A stretch of 60,237 bases of DNA from Gemmatimonadales bacterium (GTDB taxonomy: Bacteria > Gemmatimonadota > Gemmatimonadetes > Gemmatimonadales > GWC2-71-9), in contig JBJMPK010000228.1 of the NCBI GenBank assembly GCA_045803245.1, forward strand, positions 1 through 60,237. The letters run 5' to 3'. A program made the position numbers and the translations under genes. Under the pieces are notes generated by a model. It was not told the DNA's origin. It did no database searches and was given only the letters and a program-made list of their open reading frames with translations. Of the stretch, positions 33,821-43,311 are shown piece by piece (position 1 is the stretch's first letter; each line of letters begins with the position of its first letter).

Positions 33821-34450
33821 ATGGCAGCACGAGCTTCTCCATCCTCGTATTCCCCGGCCTGGGGAACAGCCACCGGGTCGACCATCCTGATCGCCGATGA
33901 TGATGCGGTCATTCGCAGCCTTTGTTGCCGAACCCTGCAACAAGATGGCGCGACGGTATTGGAGGCGGAGGATGGTGAAGCAGCGCTCAGGCTGATAGAA
34001 GACCACGATGATATCGACCTGGTCATTACGGACCTGACCATGCCCCGATTGGGCGGGCATGAAGTGGCCGAAGTCCTCTCGGTGTTCCGGCCCGGTCTCC
34101 CGGTTCTGGCCATGTCGGGCACGGCCCACAAAATGGAGCCGGACCGCCGCCTGCCGGTTCTGGCCAAACCGTTCTCCGCTGCAGCGCTGATAGCGGTAAC
34201 CCGGGAAATGCGTCTTCGGGCGCGTGAGGTGCGGATCTGGGCCGACGAAAAACGGGCCCAGGCTCGAGAGCTCTACCAGATTGCCGCTGCCATGCAGAAA
34301 ACCAACCCAGGCCCGCCGGAAAAAATCGATCTGGTGGCAGTCGGGCGGGAGCTGATGAAACGAGGACATCCGAATCTGACCCGCGCAGCCGCCCGTCCTC
34401 CTCTACGTTCGCGAGCGCCGTCTCCCACGATTTCGGGCCCTGGTAGTTAA
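33821..34450 (+). CDS. CheY-like response regulator (receiver domain + unstructured C-terminal region)
   Basis: Start at Met33 of the track ORF. ILIADDD, DLVITDLTMPRLGG and LAKPF are receiver hallmarks. Confidence 0.75.
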   Translation: MAARASPSSYSPAWGTATGSTILIADDDAVIRSLCCRTLQQDGATVLEAEDGEAALRLIEDHDDIDLVITDLTMPRLGGHEVAEVLSVFRPGLPVLAMSGTAHKMEPDRRLPVLAKPFSAAALIAVTREMRLRAREVRIWADEKRAQARELYQIAAAMQKTNPGPPEKIDLVAVGRELMKRGHPNLTRAAARPPLRSRAPSPTISGPGS

Positions 34451-34535
34451 GCCCTCCCGCACTGCCTGGCTCACCACGCCCATCTAGCATCGCTTCCGTT
34501 GAGCACTCGCGCGGTCGGCAAGGCTAAGATTCCGG

Positions 34536-35768
34536 GTGTCCATGAATCGCCGTGTCGCCATTATCGGAGCCGGCGCCGCCGGCTCGATGGCAGCAATCTT
34601 TGCGGCTTCGGCGGGCGCCGAGACGCTGCTACTCGAGAGCACCAGGGATGGCGGGCGCAAGATCCTCATCAGCGGCGGCGGCCGCTGCAATATTCTCCCA
34701 GCCCGGGTGGACGAACGGCGCTTCGTCACTGATTCCTCGCCGAACACCCTCCGCAAGATTCTCCGTTCGTGGCCACTGGCCGAGCAGGTCGACTTCTTCG
34801 CCCGGGACCTGGACCTGCCATTGGTCGAGGAAGAAGAAACGGCCAAGCTCTTCCCGGTATCGAACCGCGCCCGCGACGTACGCGACGGACTCCTGGCGCT
34901 GGCGGCCCGCCGGGGCACCCGCTTCATGCCCAAGACAACGGTTGTCGGTATCGCTCCCACATCGAACGGCTGGAGAGTGGAGAGCGATGGCGCGCCGCCG
35001 CTCTCGGTGGACGCTGTGGTCGTGGCGAGTGGTGGCCTCTCGGTGCCGGCCACCGGCAGCGATGGGCGGGGGCTCGCGATGCTCGCCCAACTGGGCCATA
35101 CCGTCCATCCGACCTATCCGGCGCTCACTCCCGTCGTAGCGGAGCCGTCGCCTTTTGCCGCCCTCGCCGGCATCTCCCTCCCGGTAACGGTCACAGCACG
35201 GGAGGACGGCAGGAGCGCAACCTCCACCGGCGGATTCCTCTTTACCCACCGAGGATACAGCGGGCCCGCGGTGCTGGATGTCTCCCACGTCCTGGTGCGC
35301 TCACGGATGGAAGGAGAATCGGGAGCCCGCCTTCTCGTACGGTGGACCGGGCTCGACGCGAGGGCTTGGGAGGCCGCCCTCAAGCCTGAGGGCACTGGAT
35401 CCGTAATGGGCGTGCTCCGGCGTGAGCTACCCGATCGGCTGGCCGGAGAGATAGCCGGCATGGCCGGTGTCCCGCTCTCCCGTACTCTGGCGCAACTGCG
35501 TCGGGACGAGCGGGTCAGGTTGATCGAGGCACTAGTCCGTGGTGAGCTTCGCTGGACCTCTGACGAGGGCTATAAGAAGGCGGAGGTGACAGGGGGCGGT
35601 GTAAGTCTGGCCGAGATCGATACCGGGACCATGGAGAGCCGACGCCATCGCGGCCTCTTTCTCTGTGGGGAGGTGCTGGATGCCTTCGGTCCGATCGGGG
35701 GGTACAATTTTCTCTGGGCCTGGGCTACCGGCCGCGCGGCGGGCAGTGCCGCTGCGCGCCGTCCCTGA
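34536..35768 (+). CDS. HI0933/BaiN-like NAD(P)/FAD-dependent oxidoreductase
   Basis: VAIIGAGAAG dinucleotide fold, GGGRCN motif, TGGGVSL, and GEVLDAFGPIGGYNF C-terminal signature of the family. Confidence 0.8.
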   Translation: MSMNRRVAIIGAGAAGSMAAIFAASAGAETLLLESTRDGGRKILISGGGRCNILPARVDERRFVTDSSPNTLRKILRSWPLAEQVDFFARDLDLPLVEEEETAKLFPVSNRARDVRDGLLALAARRGTRFMPKTTVVGIAPTSNGWRVESDGAPPLSVDAVVVASGGLSVPATGSDGRGLAMLAQLGHTVHPTYPALTPVVAEPSPFAALAGISLPVTVTAREDGRSATSTGGFLFTHRGYSGPAVLDVSHVLVRSRMEGESGARLLVRWTGLDARAWEAALKPEGTGSVMGVLRRELPDRLAGEIAGMAGVPLSRTLAQLRRDERVRLIEALVRGELRWTSDEGYKKAEVTGGGVSLAEIDTGTMESRRHRGLFLCGEVLDAFGPIGGYNFLWAWATGRAAGSAAARRP

Positions 35769-35791
35769 GTGCCGCTAGACTTGGATGTATC

Positions 35792-36325
35792 GTGAACTTC
35801 ACCTTGAGCGATAGCCTACCTGTCCTGCGGCGCAGTCCCGCCGTCCTCCGCGCCTGGCTGTGGGACCTTCCCCCCTCGTGGACGGAATCGAACGAAGGGG
35901 CGGAGAGTTGGAGTCCCTACGATGTGGTGGGACACCTCATCCACGGGGAGCGCACTGACTGGATTACCCGAACGGAGCTCCTGCTGTCATATGGACCATC
36001 CCGGGCGTTCGTTCCGTTCGACCGGTTTGCCCAATTCAAGGACTCGCGAGGCAAGTCGCTCCGGGAGCTGCTCGAGACGTTTGCCGAGCTGAGAGCGGCA
36101 AACCTGGCCCGGCTCGAGTCGTTCCAGCTCAGCCCTCAGGATCTCGACCGCCCAGGTCTGCACCCGGAACTGGGTCCGGTTACCCTGAGCCAGCTCCTGG
36201 CCACCTGGGTGGCACACGACCTCAACCATCTTGGCCAGATTGCCCGAGTCATGGCCAAGCAATACACCGAAGCTGTCGGCCCCTGGCGGCCCTACCTGCC
36301 CCTCCTGGAAGACCGGCAGCGGTAA
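35792..36325 (+). CDS. DinB-superfamily (DinB_2-like) four-helix-bundle protein
   Basis: 177 aa. His triad context (VVGHLIHGE, WVAHDLNHLGQI) is typical of the DinB/YfiT-like family. Confidence 0.65.
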   Translation: MNFTLSDSLPVLRRSPAVLRAWLWDLPPSWTESNEGAESWSPYDVVGHLIHGERTDWITRTELLLSYGPSRAFVPFDRFAQFKDSRGKSLRELLETFAELRAANLARLESFQLSPQDLDRPGLHPELGPVTLSQLLATWVAHDLNHLGQIARVMAKQYTEAVGPWRPYLPLLEDRQR

Positions 36326-36355
36326 CAACTCTGAGACCTGACCTCCGCCACAGGA

Positions 36356-36805
36356 TCAGGTCGCCTTCCGACGCAGGTTTCGAGCTTCCTCGTGGGGGAC
36401 GATGAAATCTTCCTCTGTCGGCGGCCGCACCAATAAATCGAAGGCCAGAAAGATGGTTTTGGAGTAGGGGAAAAAGACCACCGGTACTACGATCATCAGG
36501 ACGATGGTGGTGATCTGAAACAGCTCCCAGGGCGGCGAAGGCCAGGTCAACAGCAAAAACGCCACGAACCAGATGCTGAATACCGTCTCCATGGCCATGA
36601 GGTTGAAGAAGTAAGCCCCCAGCCAATAGCCCTGCTCCCCGCGTTCAAACCCCAGACCGCAGACCGGACAGTTCGGTACCAGATGGGACCAGGTGACGAA
36701 CACCGGGCCCCCGCCACAATGCGGGCAGCGCAGCCGTAGAGCGCGCCCGAACAGGGAGAGTACGCGTCGGGTAAGGGAGGGGTGGGGTGGAATAGCGCCG
36801 GCCAT
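36356..36805 (-). CDS. DUF983 family membrane protein with zinc-ribbon-like CxxC pairs
   Basis: CPHCGGG...CPVCG followed by two hydrophobic helices. Confidence 0.6.
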   Translation of the reverse strand: MAGAIPPHPSLTRRVLSLFGRALRLRCPHCGGGPVFVTWSHLVPNCPVCGLGFERGEQGYWLGAYFFNLMAMETVFSIWFVAFLLLTWPSPPWELFQITTIVLMIVVPVVFFPYSKTIFLAFDLLVRPPTEEDFIVPHEEARNLRRKAT

Positions 36806-36865
36806 CGGCTCTCGAGCGAGAGTGTCGGGTCTAAAGTACAGCGCCGGGCCGGCGGTGACGAGGCT

Positions 36866-37726
36866 TCAGGTCACCTTACCCGCAGGAAGGTGGGTGTCGA
36901 CCCAGCGCTCCAGGTCTCGCAGCACCTCCTCATGATTCAGGTCGGCGAACAAGCCGTGGTACCCGCCGAGATATTCCCGGTACTCCCGGTCAGCCTGACG
37001 CACCTTGGCAAAGAAGCTGCGGCTTCCTTGGGGTGGAACCATGCGGTCGTCGGAGCCGTGGAGCAGGAGCAGGGGTACCGCGAGCTGTCCGGCCATCTCC
37101 TGGACCCGCCGGATCGCGGCCGTGACCTCGGTCGAAAGGCGAGCGGTACCCCGCCGGTGAAAGAGTGGGTCTGCCAGTACCGCTTCCACCACGGCCGGGT
37201 CTCGCGCCAGTCCATTCAGATCCATCCCCACATTCAGCGAAAAACGGGGGAACACGACGGACATGATTCGGCCCATGGTCATGAGGAACGAGGGCACGCC
37301 GACCTCCCCCAGAGGGGCTGCCGCAGCGATCACGCCGGCGATTCCCACTGGGTAGTGCAGGGCGTAATCGAGCACAACCAGGCCACCGAGACTGTTGCCC
37401 AGCAGGAACAGCGGCAGATCCGGCTGCCACTCTCTCACTGAATCGACGAACGCACGGAGATCTCCGCGATACTCGTCCCAATGTCGCACGTAGGCACGTT
37501 GGCCCGGTGAACGGCCGTTACCCCGCATGTCGAATCCGTAAAGCACGATTCCTCTGGCGGGCAAGTGATCTGCGAGATGGGGATAGAGGCCACTGTGGTC
37601 GCCGAGGCCGTGCAGGTTGACCACCACGGCGCGGCGGTTATCAGTGGGTGGGATCCAGGCCTGGTAATAGAGCCGAAGGCCGCCCGCCCCGGAAAATGTG
37701 CCTTCTCGATGCTCCTGCGAGCCCAT
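36866..37726 (-). CDS. Alpha/beta hydrolase (lysophospholipase/monoacylglycerol-lipase-like)
   Basis: HGLGDHSG, nucleophile elbow GNSLGG, C-terminal GGYHGLF. Confidence 0.8.
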   Translation of the reverse strand: MGSQEHREGTFSGAGGLRLYYQAWIPPTDNRRAVVVNLHGLGDHSGLYPHLADHLPARGIVLYGFDMRGNGRSPGQRAYVRHWDEYRGDLRAFVDSVREWQPDLPLFLLGNSLGGLVVLDYALHYPVGIAGVIAAAAPLGEVGVPSFLMTMGRIMSVVFPRFSLNVGMDLNGLARDPAVVEAVLADPLFHRRGTARLSTEVTAAIRRVQEMAGQLAVPLLLLHGSDDRMVPPQGSRSFFAKVRQADREYREYLGGYHGLFADLNHEEVLRDLERWVDTHLPAGKVT

Positions 37727-37776
37727 CTATCCCTCGTTCTCCCTGGGGAGCTCGTCGCGCGGAATTTGAGCTGGGA

Positions 37777-38295
37777 TCAACCGACGACTGTGGGTGTGGC
37801 CTCTATCAGCCACCGCTCGGGGTCGAGTCGGACTTCCTGGGGCGAGCGGGTCACGATACCTGATCCGACGGTCCTCTGGGGCTGATCCGGCTGGGATGTG
37901 AACTCGAGAAGGTAGAGTGTCGGCCCGGCGTTCCGGGCATGCTCGGCCACGAAGCCGGCCAGCGCCTCAGGCCAACCGGACGAGGGTACCGGCCGGGGTA
38001 ATGGCCCTCGCCGATGGCGCTCCAGCGCCTGGATGATCTCGGTGCGGGAGAGCTTCGATCGACCATACCGGGCTCGCAAGTCCCGCTCGTCCTGGATTGG
38101 GTCGGCGTGACGAAGCCGGAACAGGTCGCAGGAACAGGCCCCAACCAGCAGCTGCGCCACGGTGCGGGCGCTGGGGTGGAGCCGGTGGAGGGCAGCCCGA
38201 TGGCTGGGAGCGAGGTCGGCGGTAAGCCCTGGCGGCAGCATCGACCGAACCTCGCTCAGGGTGAGCGGGCTGGCCAGGTATAGGAAGTAGCACAT
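37777..38295 (-). CDS. Hypothetical protein (no domain recognised)
   Basis: The ORF has coding-like composition. The start is set at Met23 (ATG 38295) because the longer start (38361) lies in the centre of a repeat palindrome. Confidence 0.4.
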   Translation of the reverse strand: MCYFLYLASPLTLSEVRSMLPPGLTADLAPSHRAALHRLHPSARTVAQLLVGACSCDLFRLRHADPIQDERDLRARYGRSKLSRTEIIQALERHRRGPLPRPVPSSGWPEALAGFVAEHARNAGPTLYLLEFTSQPDQPQRTVGSGIVTRSPQEVRLDPERWLIEATPTVVG

Positions 38296-38340
38296 CGGAA
38301 AGGGCGGCTGATACTTTCGTCCGAGAAGGTCGAAAGCCGA

Positions 38341-38389
38341 GGGTCTAGAGTCTAGTTGCATGACCCTAGACCCTTGACCCTAGACCCTC
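38341..38389. repeat. Inverted pair of heptamer arrays (gggtcta gagtcta) / (gacccta gaccctt gacccta gaccctc)
   Basis: Read directly; the units contain CTAG. Lies between the GroES-like stop (38392) and the next gene. Confidence 0.9.
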
Positions 38390-38391
38390 AC

Positions 38392-38760
38392 TCAAATCGG
38401 CAGATCATCCCGCACCAGCACCAGAATCGCCGCTTGGGGCACCACCAGATATTTCTTGTCCTCAAAGGTGATCTCCACCGCGGCCTTGCGAAAAAAAATC
38501 GCGTGATCGCCGACCCGCGCCTGCATGCCGCGGCTGCGGTGTTCTCGGGTGTCCAACTTCCACGGCTCGTCGTCGAGGCTGCTGAGGTCCGCGACCGGGG
38601 TTCCCGGTCCGGTGGCTACGATCAACCCGGTCTGGACCTGCTGGGAATCGATCGCGGTGGCCGGCAGATAGAGACCCACCCGGGTTCGCTCGTCTCCATC
38701 CTCCGGAGTGATCAGAACCCTGTCGCCCACGACCAGCAGCTGCTTCTTGGGGAACTCCAT
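38392..38760 (-). CDS. GroES/Cpn10-like protein with internal insertion
   Basis: LLVVGDRVLI...E.T..GLYLP and GLIVATGPG are Cpn10-like. 122 aa, longer than typical GroES. TAATG coupling to the greA stop. Confidence 0.6.
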   Translation of the reverse strand: MEFPKKQLLVVGDRVLITPEDGDERTRVGLYLPATAIDSQQVQTGLIVATGPGTPVADLSSLDDEPWKLDTREHRSRGMQARVGDHAIFFRKAAVEITFEDKKYLVVPQAAILVLVRDDLPI

Positions 38761-39260
38761 TATGCCTTTCCGTTTCCCGACTTCTCGATGGCCTCCGTCT
38801 GGTGCACGGTGACTAGATCAACGATGCGAAGATGCCTGGCTCCGTGGGGAAGCCGAAGGCTCACCTCTTCTCCCACCTTTTTACCACCCAATGCCCGGCC
38901 CAGTGGGGAGGCCAGGGAAATGTGGCCGGCATCGATATCCATCATCTCGGCGAGCACCACCATGTAGACGTCGGTTTCCTTGGTCTCCAGATCCAACACC
39001 GTCACCCGCGATCCCAAACCGACTTTATCGGTCGGCGCCTCGGTATTGGCGAGCTGACCCAGTTGATTCAGCCGCTGATGCAGCTGCCCCAAACGCGCCT
39101 GCACGAACTGCTGCCGTTCGAGGGCAGCCTTGTACTCTGAGTTCTCGCGCAAGTCGCCCAGTTCGACGGCCTGGGCGATGGCCTGAGGGAGGAGAATGTT
39201 CAACTCATGGCTGAGCTGATCGATCTCGCGGCCCAGCTTCTCTCGCATTTCACGAATCAT
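38760..39260 (-). CDS. greA: Transcription elongation factor GreA
   Basis: Start at Met26 of the track ORF (ATG 39260). DLRENSEYKAALERQ, SPLGRALLGKKVGE-type motif (ASPLGRALGGKKVGEEV). 166 aa. Confidence 0.85.
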   Translation of the reverse strand: MIREMREKLGREIDQLSHELNILLPQAIAQAVELGDLRENSEYKAALERQQFVQARLGQLHQRLNQLGQLANTEAPTDKVGLGSRVTVLDLETKETDVYMVVLAEMMDIDAGHISLASPLGRALGGKKVGEEVSLRLPHGARHLRIVDLVTVHQTEAIEKSGNGKA

Positions 39261-39511
39261 CGGTGAGACCAGACATAAAAAAGGATCGGCCCGGAGACTG
39301 TCATCTCCCGGCATAGGAGGAGAATCACTGGCCAAAAAGATACACCGCCGCCGGAAGAGGCGGAATGGTGGTTCGTGCTAAGACAATGGTTTCGAACGCC
39401 TTAGTATCTTGACCGACAATGCGTACCAGACTCGGGCTGGCCATCGGGTTGGGCCTGTTCGCCGCCGCGAAGCATTGACGAGATCGAGTAGAGCATGCGG
39501 CACGAACTTCC

Positions 39512-39540
39512 TTGACACCTTGGAAGCCAAAGGGTAAAGT
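39512..39540 (+). promoter_or_regulatory. Sigma-70-like promoter candidate for the cytochrome oxidase operon
   Basis: TTGACA (39512-17), 17-nt spacer, TAAAGT (39535-40), 62 nt upstream of the ctaC ATG. Prediction by eye only. Confidence 0.4.
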
Positions 39541-39601
39541 GCGGCTTGCTCAGGCTTTCCGTGTGGCTCGCCCGGGATTCTATCGACAGGATGAACGCGT
39601 A

Positions 39602-40720
39602 ATGGCCCTCAGGACCGCTGCCCAGCGCCCTCTCCGCTTGGTCACCGCGCTCTGCCTACTCTCACTCGTGCTGGCCGGCTGCAGTCCGGAGCACTATCCC
39701 CAGACTACGCTGCTCCCCCGGGGCGACTTCGCCCGGATCGCCGACAATCTTCTGGATACCACGGTCAAGTGGGCCTTGCTCGTGTTCGTGCTGGTCGAAG
39801 GGGTCCTGATCTATGCCATCTTCCGATTCCGGGGTAAGCCGGGAGATCCCGAGCCGCATCAGATCCACGGCAATACTACGGTCGAGATCATCTGGACCAT
39901 CATTCCGGCGTTGATTCTCGCAGCCATCGCGGTTCCCACCGTGAAGGCCATCTTCGAGACGAACTCGTCTCCCAAGCAAGGGGCCCTGGTGATCGAGGTG
40001 GTGGGACACCAGTGGTGGTGGGAGTTCCGGTACCCCGAATACAACCTGACGACCGCCAATGAGATGCATGTGCCTGTCGGCCGGACGGTGGCCCTCCGAA
40101 TGGGGAGCAACGACGTCATTCACAGCTTCTGGGTGCCCCAGTTTGCGGCCAAGCGCGATGTGTTTGCCAATCGCGAGTCCCGGATGTGGTTCAAGGCCGA
40201 GGTGGACGGAGAGTACCCCGGCCAGTGTGCCGAGTTCTGCGGGATCCAACACGGGCGCATGGGATACCGGATCCGGGCCCAGATGCCCGAGGAGTTCCGG
40301 GCTTGGGTAGCTCACATGCAGACGTTGAAGGCCAAGCCGGCGTCAACGGCCCAAGCCGACAGCGGGGTTCGCACCGCAAGCCAGGGCGCCACGATTCAGC
40401 AGCCCTCGTCATCGCCAGCGGCTGCCGCCGGGCAGGGAGCGCTCTACGCTTCGGGTGAGAAGCTGTTCACCGCCAAGGGTTGCGTGGCGTGCCACACGCT
40501 ATACGCCGTCAATGCACCCAAGGGCATGGTCGGCCCCAATCTCGCAAACGTGGGCGCCCGGTCTTATATAGCGGCCGGTACTCTCAAAAACACTGACGAG
40601 AATCTGGCGCACTGGATCCGCGATCCCCAGGGCATCAAAAAGGGTGTGCTGATGCCCAACTTGGGGGTGAATGAGACCGATGCAAAGGCTCTCGTCGCCT
40701 TTCTCCGGGCCCATAAATAG
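39602..40720 (+). CDS. ctaC: Cytochrome c oxidase subunit II with C-terminal cytochrome c domain (caa3 type)
   Basis: Start at Met31 of the track ORF. Lipoprotein-like signal LVLAGC. CuA site HSFWVP...CAEFCGIQHGRM. Haem c motif CVACH. Confidence 0.85.
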   Translation: MALRTAAQRPLRLVTALCLLSLVLAGCSPEHYPQTTLLPRGDFARIADNLLDTTVKWALLVFVLVEGVLIYAIFRFRGKPGDPEPHQIHGNTTVEIIWTIIPALILAAIAVPTVKAIFETNSSPKQGALVIEVVGHQWWWEFRYPEYNLTTANEMHVPVGRTVALRMGSNDVIHSFWVPQFAAKRDVFANRESRMWFKAEVDGEYPGQCAEFCGIQHGRMGYRIRAQMPEEFRAWVAHMQTLKAKPASTAQADSGVRTASQGATIQQPSSSPAAAAGQGALYASGEKLFTAKGCVACHTLYAVNAPKGMVGPNLANVGARSYIAAGTLKNTDENLAHWIRDPQGIKKGVLMPNLGVNETDAKALVAFLRAHK

Positions 40721-40777
40721 AATCGTGGGTCCGACGGGAAAATCGGGCCTGCAATTACAACACCGACAAGGGTTCGT

Positions 40778-42625
40778 ATGGCAACCAGGGTTCTAGATCA
40801 GCATCAGGTGGACGCGGCAGCCGGCCACGGCGAAAAGACCGGGCTGTGGAGCTGGCTGACGACGGTCGACCACAAACGCATCGGAATCCTGTATGGCACC
40901 ACCGCCTTCATCTTTTTCCTGATGGGAGGGGTGGAAGCGTTATTGCTCCGGATTCAGCTGGGCACACCGAACAACACCTTTCTGTCGCCCGAAACGTACA
41001 ATCAGCTGTTCACCATGCACGGCACCACCATGATCTTTCTCGCGATCATGCCGCTGTCCGCGATGTTCTTCAACTATATGATCCCGCTCCTGATCGGCGC
41101 GCGGGATGTAGCCTTTCCCCGACTGAACGCGTTCAGCTACTGGCTGTTCCTGGCGGGCGGTCTGTTCCTGAACGCGAGCTGGCTGGTTGGCAAGGCGCCG
41201 GACCAGGGATGGTTCGGGTATGCCAACCTGACCTCAAGACAGTTCTCCCCCGGCCCCAACGTGGACTTCTGGATGCTCGGCCTCCAGATCCTCGGCATCG
41301 CCTCGCTGGCCGCGGCGGTGAATTTCTTCGTGACCATCATCAACCTGCGCGCGCCGGGCATGAAGCTGATGCGGATGCCGATGTTCGTCTGGATGAGCTT
41401 CATCACCCAGGTGCTGCTGCTGCTCGCGTTCCCGGTCATCACAGTCGCCCTGATACTCCTCATGTTCGACCGGTTCTTTGGAACCCACTTCTTCGTGCCC
41501 GCCGGCGGCGGAGATCCGATCCTGTGGCAGCACTTCTTCTGGATCTTCGGGCATCCCGAGGTGTACATCCTGATTCTGCCGGCCTTCGGCATCATCTCCG
41601 AGGTCCTGCCGGTGTTCTCCCGCAAGCCGCTGTTCGGGTATGCGGCCATGGTCTTCTCCGGCGTCTTCATCGCCTTTCTGGGGTTTGGGGTCTGGAGCCA
41701 CCACATGTTCTCCACCGCCATGGGGCCGATCGCCGACACCTTCTTCGCCCTCACCACCATGCTGATCGCGGTTCCCACCGGGGTGAAGATTTTCAACTGG
41801 ATCGGCACGATGTGGGGCGGCTCGCTGCAGTTCCGTACCCCGATGTACTTCGCGGTCGGGTTCATCGCGATGTTCATCATCGGTGGGCTGTCAGGCGTGA
41901 TGCACTCCTCCCCGCCGGCCGACCTGCAGCAGACCGACACCTATTTCGTGGTGGCGCACTTCCACTACGTGCTGTTCGGCGGGAGCATATTCGGCCTCAC
42001 GGCCGGAGCCTACTACTGGTGGCCCAAGATGTTCGGCCGGATGCTGGATGAGAGGTTGGGCAAGCTGCACTTCTGGCTGATGCTGATTGGCTTCAACCTG
42101 ACGTTCTTCCCCATGCACTTTCTGGGACTGAACGGAATGCCCCGGCGGGTGTACACCTACCCTGAGGGTCTGGGATTCGAAACGTTGAACCAGCTGGAGA
42201 CTGCCGGCTCCTTCCTCCTGGCGGCGGGCTTTCTGGTGTTCCTGATCAACATCTTCCAGAGCTGGCGCAAGCCCGCGAACGCTCCTGCCGACCCCTGGAA
42301 CGGTGCCACGTTGGAATGGGCTATTCCCTCGCCTCCCCAGGAGTTCAACTTCCCGGACACGCCAGTGGTTCACGGGCGCGATGCCCATTGGGAAACCAAG
42401 CGCGGCCGTACCACACCGCTTCCCGAGCCGGTCCGGGTGAGTGGAGCGGGAATCCACCTCCCCAACCCGTCGTACTGGCCCCTGGTCACCGCGCTGGGAG
42501 TCACCGCCGTGTTCATTGCTCTGATGGTCTTGGGACACACCGGCACCCACGTGTGGGCAGTCGTTGCCGCGGTGGCGCTCATGTTTTTCGGGGTATACCG
42601 CTGGGCCTTCGAGCCGGCCGGGTGA
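40778..42625 (+). CDS. ctaD: Cytochrome c oxidase subunit I
   Basis: 615 aa. WLTTVDHKRIG, FFWIFGHPEVYILILP, VWSHHMF and HFHYVL are hallmark haem-copper oxidase motifs. Confidence 0.95.
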   Translation: MATRVLDQHQVDAAAGHGEKTGLWSWLTTVDHKRIGILYGTTAFIFFLMGGVEALLLRIQLGTPNNTFLSPETYNQLFTMHGTTMIFLAIMPLSAMFFNYMIPLLIGARDVAFPRLNAFSYWLFLAGGLFLNASWLVGKAPDQGWFGYANLTSRQFSPGPNVDFWMLGLQILGIASLAAAVNFFVTIINLRAPGMKLMRMPMFVWMSFITQVLLLLAFPVITVALILLMFDRFFGTHFFVPAGGGDPILWQHFFWIFGHPEVYILILPAFGIISEVLPVFSRKPLFGYAAMVFSGVFIAFLGFGVWSHHMFSTAMGPIADTFFALTTMLIAVPTGVKIFNWIGTMWGGSLQFRTPMYFAVGFIAMFIIGGLSGVMHSSPPADLQQTDTYFVVAHFHYVLFGGSIFGLTAGAYYWWPKMFGRMLDERLGKLHFWLMLIGFNLTFFPMHFLGLNGMPRRVYTYPEGLGFETLNQLETAGSFLLAAGFLVFLINIFQSWRKPANAPADPWNGATLEWAIPSPPQEFNFPDTPVVHGRDAHWETKRGRTTPLPEPVRVSGAGIHLPNPSYWPLVTALGVTAVFIALMVLGHTGTHVWAVVAAVALMFFGVYRWAFEPAG

Positions 42626-42662
42626 CAACTACTCACCGTTCACGCTCTTTACCGGAGTACCT

Positions 42663-43301
42663 GTGACCGCAGTAGCCCACGACGTGCCGCACGGACTCGA
42701 GCACGCAACCTCGACCGGGTTGGACAGCCGAAAGGTGGCCATTTGGACCTTCATCGGGTCCGAGTGCATGTTTTTCGCCACGCTGATCTCGAATTACCTG
42801 GTCCAGAAGGGGCGGAGTCTGGTCGGCCCGTTTCCCCACGAGCCGTGGACCTCGCCCAGCGGCGAGCATTTCAAACCCATCCTCGAGATCCCGCTGGTAA
42901 CGCTGGGCACGGCGTTGCTTCTGTTCAGCTCGCTGTTTGTGGTGCTGGCCTTGAGTGGCGCGCAACGGGGGAGCCGCAAGGCCCTGGTGGGCTGGCTCGG
43001 AGCCACCATCGCATGCGGCGTTTTCTTCGTCGGTATGCAGGTGTACGAGTTCACCCATTTCGTGCATGAAGGGCTGAAGCTCTCGACCAACCTGTTCGGC
43101 GCCAGCTTTTATACCCTGACCGGGTTTCACGGCACCCACGTCACCATAGGCGTGATCTGGCTGGTAACACTCTGGATTCTTGCGATCCGGGGGAAGATTC
43201 CTCCGTCCAAGTCGCTCAATCTCGAGATGGCAGCGCTGTACTGGCACTTCGTCGACGTGGTCTGGATCATCATCTTTCCGGTCGTCTACCTCATCAAGTG
43301 A
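42663..43301 (+). CDS. ctaE: Cytochrome c oxidase subunit III
   Basis: GTG at 42663 (codon 34 of the track ORF, after the ctaD stop). FYTLTGFHGTHVTIG and YWHFVDVVWI motifs. Confidence 0.85.
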   Translation: MTAVAHDVPHGLEHATSTGLDSRKVAIWTFIGSECMFFATLISNYLVQKGRSLVGPFPHEPWTSPSGEHFKPILEIPLVTLGTALLLFSSLFVVLALSGAQRGSRKALVGWLGATIACGVFFVGMQVYEFTHFVHEGLKLSTNLFGASFYTLTGFHGTHVTIGVIWLVTLWILAIRGKIPPSKSLNLEMAALYWHFVDVVWIIIFPVVYLIK

Positions 43302-43311
43302 GCCTGCCGTC

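Noticed and set aside
36806-36865. CTCTCGAGCGAGAG palindrome between the hydrolase and DUF983 genes.
   Set aside because: The loop is effectively absent; it is a 14-nt palindrome containing an XhoI-like site. There is no T-tract and no recurrence elsewhere in the window.
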